A stretch of DNA of 64,000 bases from Heterodontus francisci (taxonomy: Eukaryota), in NCBI RefSeq assembly GCF_036365525.1, contig NC_090408.1, positions 31,674,269 through 31,738,268 on the forward strand, written 5' to 3'. Shown here one piece after another: positions 12,385 to 23,785 of this stretch; the first letter of the stretch is position 1; every line of letters begins with the position of its first letter. The notes under the pieces were generated by a model. It was not told the DNA's origin. It ran no database searches and saw only the letters and a list, made by a program, of their open reading frames with translations. A program made the position numbers and the translations under genes.

Positions 12385-13395
12385 TCTCCAATTAAATATT
12401 GGGAAGAGCAAAGCCATGGTCTTCAGGCCCCACTACAAACTCCATTCTCTAGCCACCAATTCTATCCCCTCCCTGGCCACTGTGAGGCTGAACCACACCA
12501 TTTGCAACCTCAGCATCTTACTTGACCCTGAGCTGAGCTCCTGACCTCATATCCACTCCATCACCAAGCCCACCTATTTCCATCTTTGTAAGATCGCCTG
12601 TCTCCTGCCTCAGACCATCTGCAACTGAAACCCTCATCCATGCTTTTGTTTCATCCAGATTTGACTATTCCAATACTCTCCTGGCTGGTCTCCTGTCTTC
12701 CATCCTCCATAAAGTCCAGCTCATCCAAAGCCCTGCTATCCATATCCTTACTCACACCAAGTCCTGTTCATGGATAACCCCTGTGCTTGCTCACTGACCT
12801 ACGCTGACTCCTCGTGCAGCAACACCTCAAATTTAAAATTCTCATCCGAGCATTCAAATCTGTCCATAGCCTCATCCTTCCATATCTCTGTTACTTCCTC
12901 TAGCACTATAAGCCTCTAAGAATGCTGCATTCCTCCAATTCTGGCCTCTTTTGCATCCCTGATTTCCTTTGCCCCTCCATTGTCGACTGTGCCTTCAGCT
13001 ATCCAGGCTCTAGAATTTCCCCCATAAATCTCTTCACCTGTTTCCTCTTTTAAGATGTGCCTTAAAACCTACCTCTTTGACCTGTTCTAATATATGGATA
13101 CAATACTTCAGAGGCAATTATTGGAAGGAAAGATCGATGGAAAACTTAGGAGAGGGAAGCAGAGAAGAAAATGAATGACAGATATAATGGACTGGTTGCA
13201 GCTGACCTATGCAGAATGTGTAAGGACAGCACAGGGCAGACAGAGGTGGAAATCCATGACAGTCAACCTTCTGGGATGAAGATGACACCAACGAACGAAT
13301 GAATATTACCTTATCTGGTTCAGTGTCAAATTTCGTCTGGTAAATCTCATGTGAAGGCCTTGGGAGGTGCTATATAAATGGAAGTTTTGTTGTTT
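12385..13395 (+). mobile_element. Degraded L2-type LINE 3' fragment, interrupted by an RTE fragment
   Basis: ETLIHAFVSSRFDYSNTLLAGL-like coding remnants; tail ...gtgctatataaatggaagttttgttgtt. Confidence 0.75.
13094..13301 (+). mobile_element. RTE-clade (BovB-like) 3' fragment nested in the L2
   Basis: Encodes LLEGKIDGKLRRGKQRRK*MTDIMDW; tail (ACGA)n/GAAT; possible AATAT TSD (13089-13093, 13302-13306). Confidence 0.7.
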
Positions 13396-13987
13396 TTGAA
13401 AGTGGGAGAGTTTAGGTACAGGAGGGATGAGCTTCAATTGCCCACACAGCCTATCTCTCCTCCTTGACTTTTCTTTTTTATGATGTCGCTATTACTTCAC
13501 TACATCATGTCAAGTCTTCCATCACGCATATTGCTTATTAACACTCATATATGCTCATTTACGCTATTTTCTAACATCTAAAATTCCACACAGAGTGGTT
13601 ACCTGCCAATACTTATATTCTTAAATACATCCCGACTTTGCTATTTAGTTGGGCCCATCTTCGATAAATATACGTACTGGATACCTGCCATATATCTTCC
13701 ATTTCCAATACCATTTAGGAAACCACAGCAATGGAACAGGCAGATAAGGTTTACACATGGGATTGTATCAAGTGAAAACTATTAAATTGAGTTTTATTAA
13801 AAATATTGAAAAATATTATCTTTTCACTATATACTGATATACATCCGGCATGGACTCCTTCTGTGCAGTTACGACTCTATGACATGCAGAAGATTCTGCT
13901 GACGTATGATTTTGGATTCAACTACATGAGTACAAGAATGACTAGTACAATATTAAAAAGTCTAACATAACTATATCTACAATATAC

Positions 13988-14672
13988 CTGTCAGAGTCTT
14001 CAGTTCTCTTTTGATTGCCTCAAGGTCTGCAGTCACTAGGGCTGTACAGCCCAGGAAATCCATGCTGGTATTTGATTTCTCCACATCCAAGTGACTCATC
14101 ACAATATTATTAAAGAACCTGCGCAGAGCCATATGCTCACGGACAGAAACTGGTGTAAGTGTCTGAACCTCTCCAGCACCGCAGATATGAATTGCATCTT
14201 GCTGATTATGAAGAATGAAGGCAATGGATTTGACTTTCTTTCCACTTAAAGCCTCAGCAACTTGTGCTAAAATAGAATCCAACGTGGAGGACTCATATAC
14301 ATAATTCACCACAATCACATGTGGCCACGATAAACCTGTAATATCAGAGCAACGTTTGACTTTATCGCAGATTATTAAAACTCTCGGAGTGGAGAAACCA
14401 TGTGTGATTTCCAATCCAAAAGTAGGGCCTGTTCCCTCTCCCGCTGTTCCTTTAGTTATCTGCTGATCAGAGAAATCTCCACCTTGGCTAGCTCTGCAGC
14501 CGTGTCCCTGTTCCACTTCGGTCCCACCTGTATTCTTTCTTCTTTTAAACTCCTTTGGACTACTTGAACCTGGCTCAAATTTGTTTTCAGATGAATCTGA
14601 GATAACCCCACTGTCTGTATGCATTGAAGATCTCCTTATGTTGTGGTCAGGTTTGAAGGTACTACCACTCAT
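13988..14672 (-). CDS. NEK8/9-like kinase gene, first coding exon: Ser/Gly-rich N-terminus plus NSMF-C-terminal/DUF4347-like domain
   Basis: ORF 13977..14672; donor ACAG|gtatat at 13987 (phase 1, matches exon 1443); PRVLIICDKV...VIVVNYVYESSTLDSILAQV...SIAFILH...MDFLGC...ELKTLTG parallels NSMF (RILLISSKV...ILYDHEHATFEDIL...IHIMGC). Confidence 0.82.
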
Positions 14673-15060
14673 TTTGGACTGTAAAGCAGTGCAGTTGGGT
14701 TTGGTAATATTTATGAATGGAATTTCTGTGTCGATTTGAATGGCGTGTCACCACGTTGTTTCATCTTTCCAGGTGTCCGAATCTGCACATTGACCCTAGG
14801 TATTGTGCCACAAAGTGTAAACTGTCTATTAAATCCTCTCTGAAGCCATTGCCAGCATTTTCATCCTCAGTGTTGGACTGTGAACTCTGAAGCTTCAGTG
14901 GTTTAATCTGCTGCCTGGATATGCGAATACAGTTCTCTATAAATTGGTAAGAAAATGCAATAAACTGAAGCAGCTCTTGGGTGCTCCTGCCAAAATAAAC
15001 AGATATTCTATTAAGACGAAAATACACAAATAAAACTGGAAAGTCCAGGCAATCATCACT

Positions 15061-15415
15061 GGGCGGCACAGTGGCGCAGTGGTTAGCACTGCAGCCTCAC
15101 AGCTCCAGGGACCCGGGTTCGATTCTGGGTACTGCCTGTGCGGAGTTTGCAAGTTCTCCCTGTGTCTGCGTGGGTTTCCTCCGGGTGCTCCGGTTTCCTC
15201 CCACATGCCAAAGACTTGCAGGTTGATAGGTTAATTGGCCATCATAAATTGCCCCTAGTATAGGTAGGTGGTAGGGAAATATATAGGGACAGGTGGGGAT
15301 GTGATAGGAATACGGGATTAGTGTAGGATTAGTATAAATGGGTGGTTGATGGTCGGCACAGACTCGGTGGGCCGAAGGGCCTGTTAAAGTGCTGTATCTC
15401 TAAACTAAACTAAAC
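15061..15415 (+). mobile_element. tRNA-derived V-SINE (HE1-like), young and full length
   Basis: A box TGGCGCAGTGG, B box GGTTCGATTC, V-domain core GTGGGTTTCCTCCGGGTGCTCCGGTTTCCTCCCACA, CR1-like tail ending (TAAAC)3. Confidence 0.9.
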
Positions 15416-15689
15416 ATCAAGCCATCAGGAGGAAAAGAGTTAATTAGGCATAGATTATGGCACATAGACTTTGACATGCTCTTGCAATCCGCCTGAACGT
15501 GCCCTTAGAAAGTAAGATTAGCGACATGTACAGTATTGTGATCATTTTTCAACTGAAATCATTTTACGCATACCTCAGAATGTAATGTTGCTCTCAGGAA
15601 AGAGGAAAGTGACAAAAGCACATTTTCAAAATTCCGTCAAGACATTTTCAACTTTGTGATATCTATGACTGGAGAAGACCAGAACTGAG

Positions 15690-16095
15690 AGTTTTCAACA
15701 ATCAGGAAAGACTAAACAGGCTGGGGCTCCTTCTTCTAGAAAAGAGAAAGACCTGATAGAAGTTTCTAAAATGACGAAGCATGTTGATCGGGTAGACATG
15801 GTAAGGGATTCAAAAACTAAGGGCCATAAATATAAGACAGTCACTTGTAAATCCAATCGGGAATTCACAAGAAACCTCTTTTACCCATAGAGTGGTTACA
15901 ATGTGGAATGTGCTACCACCTGGAGTCGTTGAGGCAAATACCATAGATGCATTTAAGGGGAAGCTGGATTAGCATATGAGGAAGAAAGGAATAGGATATG
16001 TTGATAGGGTTGGATGTAAGGTGGAAGGAGGCCCATGTGGAGCATAAACACTGGCACAGAACAGATGGGGGCCAAAATTGTCTGTTTCTGTTCTG
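15690..16095 (+). mobile_element. Degraded CR1 3' fragment
   Basis: RLNRLGL/DLIEV remnants and CR1 tail. Confidence 0.7.
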
Positions 16096-16371
16096 CGGTC
16101 ATGATGTCTACCCCGGTTTTTTTTTTCATCTCCTCTCTTCTCCAGCATCAAGAGTCTCTGTGTTGGACCAGGAACCTGTCAATATATTTTGGGGTTAATG
16201 CTTCAGCCAAGTGTGAAACAGTTTCTTCTATGATTCAACAACGTCTTGTGTGAAGCACTGAAAGGTGCTACTAAATGCCCTATAGCTCGAGTTTTGCTAA
16301 AGCATTTCTGATTCACAACTTCAACCTGATCTGGGCAGACTTCAACTTGCATTCTTGCTCTGAGTACTTAC

Positions 16372-16613
16372 CAGCCTTTCTGATCTCTCGCCAGCCGCAC
16401 TGTCACCTGCCGCCTCTTCTATAAAACAAGAACTGTAAGCAGCTCTCCTTGTTTTCTTCTTTGACAGCTTCTGGGGGGACCACCGTCTGTTCGAAACTTG
16501 GGGGGGGGGGGGGGGGGGGTGGGGGGTGGGGGGAGAAGCAAGTAGAAAGCAGTTCCGCAGTCAACAGAGCTGGAGCCAGCGTACCGAAAGCGTCAGCGGT
16601 TGCTATTGGAAAC
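16372..16613 (-). promoter_or_regulatory. Candidate promoter and non-coding first exon of the kinase gene, with an RFX X-box-like site
   Basis: Strong minus-strand donor CTG|gtaagta at 16371; local CpG enrichment; GTTGCT-ATT-GGAAAC at 16599-16613. Confidence 0.45.
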
Positions 16614-17149
16614 CTCCCGGGTCTGTACGCAGCTGTCAATCAGAGTCAGGAAGACGTGTTGCAGAGTGACTGCCTCCAAAGGGAAAGACATTAAGCTCCA
16701 TGGGCTTGCAGCATTGAAATTCTTCCTTGCCCAAAGGTTGCAGCAGGAGCAATTCTTCAGGTTGCCCCTGCCCAGACAATACAAGAACAGTTTGGAGACA
16801 CAGGCAGAAAGCTTTAGTAATTTCTTACAATACTTCCTTAGAAATTGTGGCCAATGCAGAGAGATCCACTAATGAGCCCCCTGCCTTCAGTAAGAGTGAG
16901 ATCTTGCAGGGAAAACAAGGAAGCCATTTAGTAATAATACTGGTGTGAAAAGCATAGGAGTCCACACAAAGAAAACATAACTTCAAAGCCAGTCTTGGTG
17001 AGAAAAATGGAGGTTATATGTTATCTGTAAAAGACAGGATTGCTTTGATAATTGCACAACTGGCAGGTACTAGGTGTGAGTCTTTGGAGTCGGGTTGTCC
17101 AGAGAGAAGTAGGTTCTATTCACAGATCTTGCTTTCACATCTCACAATG

Positions 17150-17557
17150 GGGGAGATGGTGGCTCAGTAGTAATGTCACTGAATGAATAATCCAGACGCC
17201 CAGGCTAATGCCTTGGGGACACGGGTTCAAATTTCATCACAGCACCTGGTGGAATTTAAATTCAATTAATTAATAAAAATCTAGAATTGAAAGCTAGTTT
17301 CGGTAACGTTGCCATGAAACGATCATCGATTGTCATAAAAGCCCTTCTGGTTCACCAGTGCCCTTTAGGGAAGAAAATCTGCCATCCTTACCTGGTCTGG
17401 CCTACAAATGACTCCAGACCCACTGCAATGTGGTTGACTCTTAACTGCCCTCTGAAATGGCCTAGCAAGCCACTCAGTTGTCAAGGGAAATTAGGGATGG
17501 TCGACAAATGCTGGCCTTGCCAGTGACACCCACCTCCCATGAAAGAATAAAAAGAAA
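17150..17557 (+). mobile_element. tRNA-headed SINE sharing both its head and tail with the 8748-11987 LINE
   Basis: Core ...aaatctgccatccttacctggtctggcctac...cactcagttg joined directly to tcaaggg.aattagggatgg...cccatgaaagaataaaaag. Confidence 0.85.
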
Positions 17558-17912
17558 TGGTAAGTGTTTCCCCCGACTCGAATGATCCGTAGAACTATTT
17601 AGGAAGTGGTTGACATATAAACTGACTGGAGTTCAAGCTGTGTGAGTGGTAATCTGATAATTTCAATGGAAAGGTCAGTCAATTAAATAGGGTGGTTGTG
17701 TAAGTTGACATTCTGTGAGCACACTCCAGGTCTGGCATTTTGTCAGCAATATCAGGTCACCCTTCCTGTGCCAATAATGTAGAATATGGTGGTAGACTCC
17801 CAGAGATAGGACAACATGTACAGTGCTCTTGGTGCAGATTGTATAGTTGTGATCTTTTGGCTAATTTTCAGACAATTCAAGGCACTAGTTGAAGCCTCAA
17901 TGATCTCCCATT

Positions 17913-18350
17913 TAAAGAAAGAAAGATTTGCATTTATATAGCACTTTTCATGACCACTCCAAGTGCTTTGAAGTGAATGAAGTACATTATGAAGTGTAAT
18001 GTAGGATATGCGACAGCCAATTTGCACATAGCAAACTCCCACAAACAGCAGTGTGACAATGACCAGATAACCTGTCCTTTTGTGATGCTGATCAAGGGAT
18101 AAATATTGGCTGGGACAATTCCCCTGCTCTTCTTCAAAATAGTGCCATGGGATGTTTTACATCCATCCATTCAGGCAGATGGAGCCTCAGTTTAACATCT
18201 GATCAGATAGATGCCACCTCTGACAGTGTAGCACTCCATCAGTACTGTACTGGAGTGTCAAAATTGATTTTTGCACTCCAGCCTTGGAGATGGAATTAAA
18301 CCCAGAACCTTGTTACTCAGTGGCAAGAGTGCTACCAACGCAGCCATAAC
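17913..18350 (-). mobile_element. DeuSINE-like (SacSINE1/AmnSINE-type core) SINE
   Basis: Reverse complement carries the Deu-like core (...cccatggcactattt...agcagggga) and tail tatataaatgcaa; same family as 51638-52086. Confidence 0.75.
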
Positions 18351-18999
18351 ATGGATGGTTGGGCGGGGGGAGGAGTGGGGGGTGGGGAATGGGGGATGGG
18401 GAGGGAATTATTTCTTTATATCTTCATTTCATTCCCTCTTATCATGGGAATTATGTAGAATATTCAGGTACGGGGACGAATATTAACCCCAATAACACTT
18501 TATTGCTGATAGGAATCAGAATTCTCACAAATGCTGGAAATGAGTGTCTCTGGTTCATAAGCCGGATATGTAACTAATATGAAAGAACAAATCAGGCTCC
18601 GCCTATGCTTGATACCATTACTCTTTCCTTTGGCGGTAAACATTCTCTTTGCATCCAGTTAATCACCTACTATTCACAATTTCTAAATGAGTTGGCTATT
18701 GCTTTATGCATTTTGTACCTTTTTGGTGAACAAAATATTTGTACTATCGCTTTCTTTTCCCTCAAGAGTATTACATAAAATTTATAGTAGAGAAACAGGC
18801 CATTCACCCAACCGAGCTGAACTGGTGTTATACCCCACACACGCCTCCACCCCTCCCCCCCCCACATACATCATCTAACCCAATCTGCATAGTCTTCTAT
18901 TCTTTTCTCCTTCATGTACTGATCTAACTTTCCCTTAAAGACAACTTATATTTTACTTTCTGTTATTACTACTACTTAAGCCACAGTGCATCTATAATG

Positions 19000-19545
19000 G
19001 TGAGACCACAGCTGGAGTACTGTGAACAGTTTTGGTCTCTGTACCTAAGAAAGGATATGTAGCTAATATGGAAGGATATAACTACCTTAGAGGGGGTGCA
19101 ACAAAGGTTCACTAGATTAATTCCAGGGATGAGAGGTTTGTCCTATGAGAAGAGGCTGAGTAGAATGGGCCTATACTGTTGGGAGTTTAGAAGAATGAGA
19201 GGTGATCTCATTGAAACCTATAAGATTCTGAGAGGGCTTGATAGGGGAGATGCTGAGAGGCTGTTTCCCCTAGTTGGAGAGTCTAGAACTGGGGGCATTG
19301 TCTCAGGATAAGGGGTCAGCCATTGCAGATTGAGATGAAGAGAAATTTCTCCACCCCGGAGGGCTATAGATGTTTAGTTGTTGATTATATTCAAGGCTGA
19401 GATCAATAGATTTTCGGCCTTTAAGGAAATCAAGGATATGGGCATCTGTGGGAAAGTGGAGTTGAGGTCAAAGATCAGCCTTGTTTTATTGAATGGTGGA
19501 GCAGGCTCGAGGAGCTGTCTGGCCTAATCCTACTCCTATTTCTTA
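19000..19545 (+). mobile_element. CR1 3' fragment
   Basis: ORF 19096..19311 QQRFTRLIPGMRGLSYEKRL...MRGDLIETYKIL. Confidence 0.85.
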
Positions 19546-19654
19546 CGCATAGCATCACATGGAGCCTGTATAACTCTCAAAGATAATGCAAGACAAAACA
19601 TTATAAGAAATATAAATTTCAGTATCTGTCTGTTAATAACTGCATTTTAAAAAT

Positions 19655-19900
19655 TAATTCTTGGGATGTGGGCATCATTGGCAAGATTGGCATTTATTGC
19701 TCATTCCTAGTTACATAGAATTTGATACAACAACATAGCCTACTAGGTCATTTCAGAGGGCAGTTAAGAGTCACTAACATTGGCATGGGACTGAAGTCAC
19801 ATACAGGCCAGATCATCCAAGGGATGCAGGTTGCCTTCCATAAAGAACATTAGCAAACCAGCTGTTTATTTTTAATGACAATCCGATAGCTTCACGGTTA
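19655..19900 (-). mobile_element. Degraded copy of the tRNA-headed SINE family (as 17150)
   Basis: gggatgtgggcatc...catttcagagggcagttaagagtc. Confidence 0.7.
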
Positions 19901-21744
19901 CTTTTGAAATATGTCATTTCTTTTTACCCTGTTTCACATTAACAACTCTCAATTTAATTATCAAAAACTATTATGAATTTCCTAATTCTTTATTTCACAG
20001 CATGAGTGAGTGAGTGCTTTGCTAGAAATGCTTCGATTTCTGACAGTAGCCAAAGTGATGGGCCTCTGAAGAGTGAACAGTGGGCAAATAGCTTCTTTAG
20101 AAAAGATTGATTGATAGACTTGCCATGTTCACGTCTTTATCAAGCAATGTCTTCTGGGAGAAAGCAGCCTACAACATGGCTTTAAACTCATCTTTTTCTT
20201 GGACCTTTAACCATGAGATACAGTCCATGATTTTACTGCCTTCTGTAATCTGTGGAATAGTTTGATAGCTTGAGTTATGAGCCTAGGAAAATAGGTGACT
20301 ATAATTTCTAGGCTTTAATGCAATGTGTATAAATAGGAATGTGTTAGATGTTTTTTAAATGAGCTGCCTGTTTAGAATGTAATGTGTTGGGTTTGGCCAT
20401 GTGCAAATGTGTACAGTAAGATTGTAAGTTGAATTGCATGTTATGGCTCATTAACCTTTATCTTCTTTTGATGTATTACACCAAATACACTGAAAAATAG
20501 CACTACTCTCCTGCACAAAGAGTGAAGAAAAATAGGGAGGAAAATATGGGGCTAAGCCATATGTAGTCTTTTAAATTAAGGCCCTTTAGGTTGTACTGAG
20601 ATAAGCAAATTGGATATTTTTGCAAATAATATTTTTTCGAATGGAGCTTGATGCTAAGCTTAGGCAAACGAGTAGTCTGAAGGAAATCTTGTAGGCTAAA
20701 GAATATGTATACCATGTAGCTGTCCAGTCTCCTAAATAGGAATTGTGCAAAATAACTCCTACTGCCCTCACACATGCACACACAGGCAAAGTAGTACCAT
20801 TTACCTGAGGTGTGAGAGGACCAATTCAGGGCAGGTTTTTTTTGAAAATGCATGATGCAATGCAATACAATGCAATGCATGGGCAGCTGGAGAGGCTAGA
20901 AACTGGGCAAGGTCAGCAAAACTCTTTTGACTACAGATTGTGATCACACACACTCTCTTTGCACTGCGTCTCATGTGCTTTATTTTTAATATTTTTTGCT
21001 GGAGTGGGAAAAAACAGGTGGAGCTATCCAGTATGCTTAGTGCAAGTGAAAAGAGTCCATATCTGCTTCAGGATACAAATAGAATCTACATTTTTACTGC
21101 TTGCACTACATAGTTGGATAAGGAGGAGATCCATATATACTCAATTACACGCCTGGAGTGCTGGTCTCCCACAAGTATGCTATTCCCACTGTTACCAAGA
21201 GACATAACCTGGTTACTCTAATAACAACAGAAATACGTCAATGACTTAAACATGGTAAATACATTTAACTGAAAAACTGGTCATTGTGGCCCTAGTTTTC
21301 AATCTAGCAGTGTAAATCTCAAGAGCAAACCTGCGTGCATTTGGAAGATAACTCCATTTAAAATTATTTAGATGGAGCAACAGTAAATGCAAAATAAGAA
21401 TAGTGATAGAAGAGAGAGATAGATTAGGGGAAAGGGAAGTTGGGGAAACAATTTTTATTTGAAATTGTTTCAAAGTGTTTATTTTTGCAGTCTAGGATTA
21501 ATATTAAGAGCAATGCTGATAAATGAGTCCTCTTATTAGTATTTATTTCACTATTGTGTGTATGAGTTGAATTTTGTTTTAAGCATAGCTTGATGGAACC
21601 TGCACCTTGTCCTGCTGGCAATCAGGGTTAAAGTGTAGATTTGTCAGTCCCTCTTGTAGCAAAGGTATTATTTAGTTGAAGTGATTAAATTATTATGATT
21701 GAACCTAATTATTATTGTGCAGTGATGGGATGGCTTTGCTCCCT

Positions 21745-21813
21745 GGCACCATGGTAACTGGGGAGGGCAGCTTGACCCGGAAACGGAAGTGGGCGTTGGT
21801 TGCCGAGGGCGAC
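21745..21813 (+). promoter_or_regulatory. PARP16 CpG-rich promoter with tandem ETS sites and X-box-like motifs
   Basis: CCGGAA and ACGGAAGTG (21777-21791); GGCACCATGGTAAC (21745-21758); GTTGCC-GAG-GGCGAC (21799-21813); about 100-160 bp before the ATG. Confidence 0.5.
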
Positions 21814-21907
21814 ATTTCCTTGTTGCTGCTGGGGGGGGCTGAAGCTGAGAGTTTGTATTTTATTTTTTGGGAGTTTTATTTACTGGCTCTTTCCCCCGGG
21901 CGGAGGG

Positions 21908-22102
21908 ATGCAGGGCGACCGCCGGGGCTGGGCTCTGGGCCTGGGGGAGGCGATGGAGGAAAGCCTGAGGAGGGACCTGTTGGCGGCCGACCTCAAGTGC
22001 AGCCTCTTCATCTCGGCCTTGCAGAGCTACCGGCGGGACTCGGTGCTCAGGCCCTTCCCGGCCCCTTACTTCAGCGGGGAGAATAAGGACTTCGATGCAT
22101 TG
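21908..22102 (+). CDS. PARP16: PARP16 exon 1
   Basis: MQGDRRGW...[30 protein letters not shown]...KDFDAL|gtgagt. Confidence 0.96.
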
Positions 22103-22104
22103 GT

Positions 22105-22570
22105 GAGTGGTTGGGGGTGTAGGTAGGTGAGGAGTGGAGGTGGGTGGGAGAGTGTATGTAAATAGATGGGGGGTGCTGGGCAGTGGAGGGGATTTTGGGT
22201 GGAGTTGAGGGTGTTTGGAAGGGGTGGGATGGGTACAGTTTGTGTGCGGGGGAGGTGCAGGGGGTTGGGTAGGGGATGGAGTGGAGTTGATTGGGGGGGG
22301 GGTGGAGGGGGCGTAGGAGGGAGTTGGGGTGTCGGTGAGTGAGAAGTGGAGTTGGGTGGGAGGGTGTATGTAGATTGATGGGGGGTGCTGGGGAGTGGAG
22401 GGAATTTTGGGTGGAGTGGAGGGTTGAGGGTGTTGGGCAGTGGAAGGGGCGGGTGCAATTTGTCTGGGGTGGGGGTGGAGGTGCAGGGGTTGGGTAGGGG
22501 ATGGAATAGAGTTGATTGGGGGGTGGTGGAGGGAGTTGGGATGCAGATGGTTGGAGGGGTCTGTGGGGGA
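22105..22570 (+). repeat. G-rich, G-quadruplex-prone tract with an internal ~220-bp imperfect duplication (PARP16 intron 1)
   Basis: Dense GGG runs; gatggggggtgctggg.agtggaggg.attttgggtggag and ggaggtgcagggg.ttgggtaggggatgga each occur twice. Confidence 0.8.
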
Positions 22571-22807
22571 ACACAGGCCTATCAATCCTGGGGTATAAGT
22601 GTGGCTCTGGCTTGCTGTCGGCTCTCGGCTTATGTCTGGGCTGCCCATCAGTCATTCGGGGACACTTGAGTCATGGAGAACAACACTGTAATTTGTGCCA
22701 GTTCTGCCCAAAGCAGAACATCTACCCCTTGATCTTTAACTTTATGGTGTTGTAGAATATTAAATATATGGTATGTTTTTGTACTGACAGATTGTGTCTG
22801 CTTACAG

Positions 22808-22945
22808 CTTGCTGATGCCCAGAATCTGCCAAATTTAAAACAATTGCTACACTCTAGAACAATCCCACAAAAAAGGACCTTGGAACTTCTCAACTGGGCC
22901 TGTTTGTCAAAAAACCTAACTATTAAAAGTTTGGAGAAAAAGGGG
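22808..22945 (+). CDS. PARP16: PARP16 exon 2
   Basis: ttacag|LADAQNLPNLKQLL...SKNLTIKSLEKKG|gtaaga; 138 nt. Confidence 0.95.
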
Positions 22946-23049
22946 GTAAGAGCCTCTTTGTGTTATTGAAAACTTTCAATAACTGATTAGACAGTGTTGA
23001 AACTTCCTATAGTCAGGAATACATATACCTCCAGTATAATTTCAGTTGA

Positions 23050-23785
23050 AGTCACACACCATCCTGACTTGGAAATGTATTGCCATCCCTTCGTCATCAC
23101 TGGGGTAAAATCTTGGAACTCCCTACCTAGCAGCAATGAGGGAGTACTTTCACCTCAGGGACAGCAGCAGTTCAAGAAGGCGGCTCATCACCATCTTTTT
23201 TCTTTCTTGGGATTTGAGTGTCACTGGCAAGGCCAGTATTTGTTGCCATCCCTAATTGCCCTTGAGAAGTTGGTGATGAATTGCCATCTTGAACATTGCA
23301 ATCCATCTGTTGTAGGTATACCTACAGTGCTACCAGGAAGGGAGTTCCAAGTTTTTGACCCAGCGACCGTGAAGGAGCAGCAAGATACTTCCAAGTCAGG
23401 ATAGTGTGTGACTTGGAGGGGAACTTGCATGTGCTGGTGTTCCCATGCGTCTGCTGCACTTGATCTTCTAAATGGTACAGGTGGTGGGTTTGGAAGGTGC
23501 TGTTGAAGGAACCTTGGCGAGTTGCTGCAGTGCATCTTGCAAAGGGTACATGCTCCTGGCATTGTGCACTGGTGGTGGAAGGAGTGAATTCTTAAGGTGG
23601 TGGGTGGGGTGCTGGTCAAGTTGGCTGCTTTATCCTGGATGGTCTCAAGTGTTGTTGGAGCTGCACTTATCCAGATAAGTGGAGAGTATTCCATCGCACC
23701 CGCATTTCCCTAGGATGATTAGGAATGTGCAATAAATGCTGGCCTTGTCAGCAATGCCTACATTCCCTGAATGAATAAAGTAAAA
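23050..23785. mobile_element. Two nested, oppositely oriented 3' fragments of the 8748-11987 LINE family
   Basis: Plus-strand piece 23050-23195 and its tail 23705-23785 are split by a minus-strand copy 23197-23700 (ORF 23221..23694). Confidence 0.78.

Noticed and set aside
13600-13690. Possible exon bounded by cag/gt sites
   Set aside because: Stops in all three minus-strand frames
14761-15069. 102-aa ORF upstream of the kinase start
   Set aside because: No recognisable homology, ends in a stop before the main ORF and is in another frame; may be 5'UTR
15061-15135. tRNA gene
   Set aside because: The A/B boxes belong to a SINE head followed by a V-domain and tail; the same applies to the other SINE heads
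15400-21900. U5 snRNA genes (neighbours of PARP16 in human)
   Set aside because: No U5 loop I sequence (GCCTTTTACTAAAG) noticed on either strand by eye; an Infernal search would be decisive
21860-22669. Long Pro-rich and Gly-rich ORFs (262, 194, 130 aa)
   Set aside because: Low-complexity G-rich intron lacking stops; overlaps PARP16 exon 1 and intron 1
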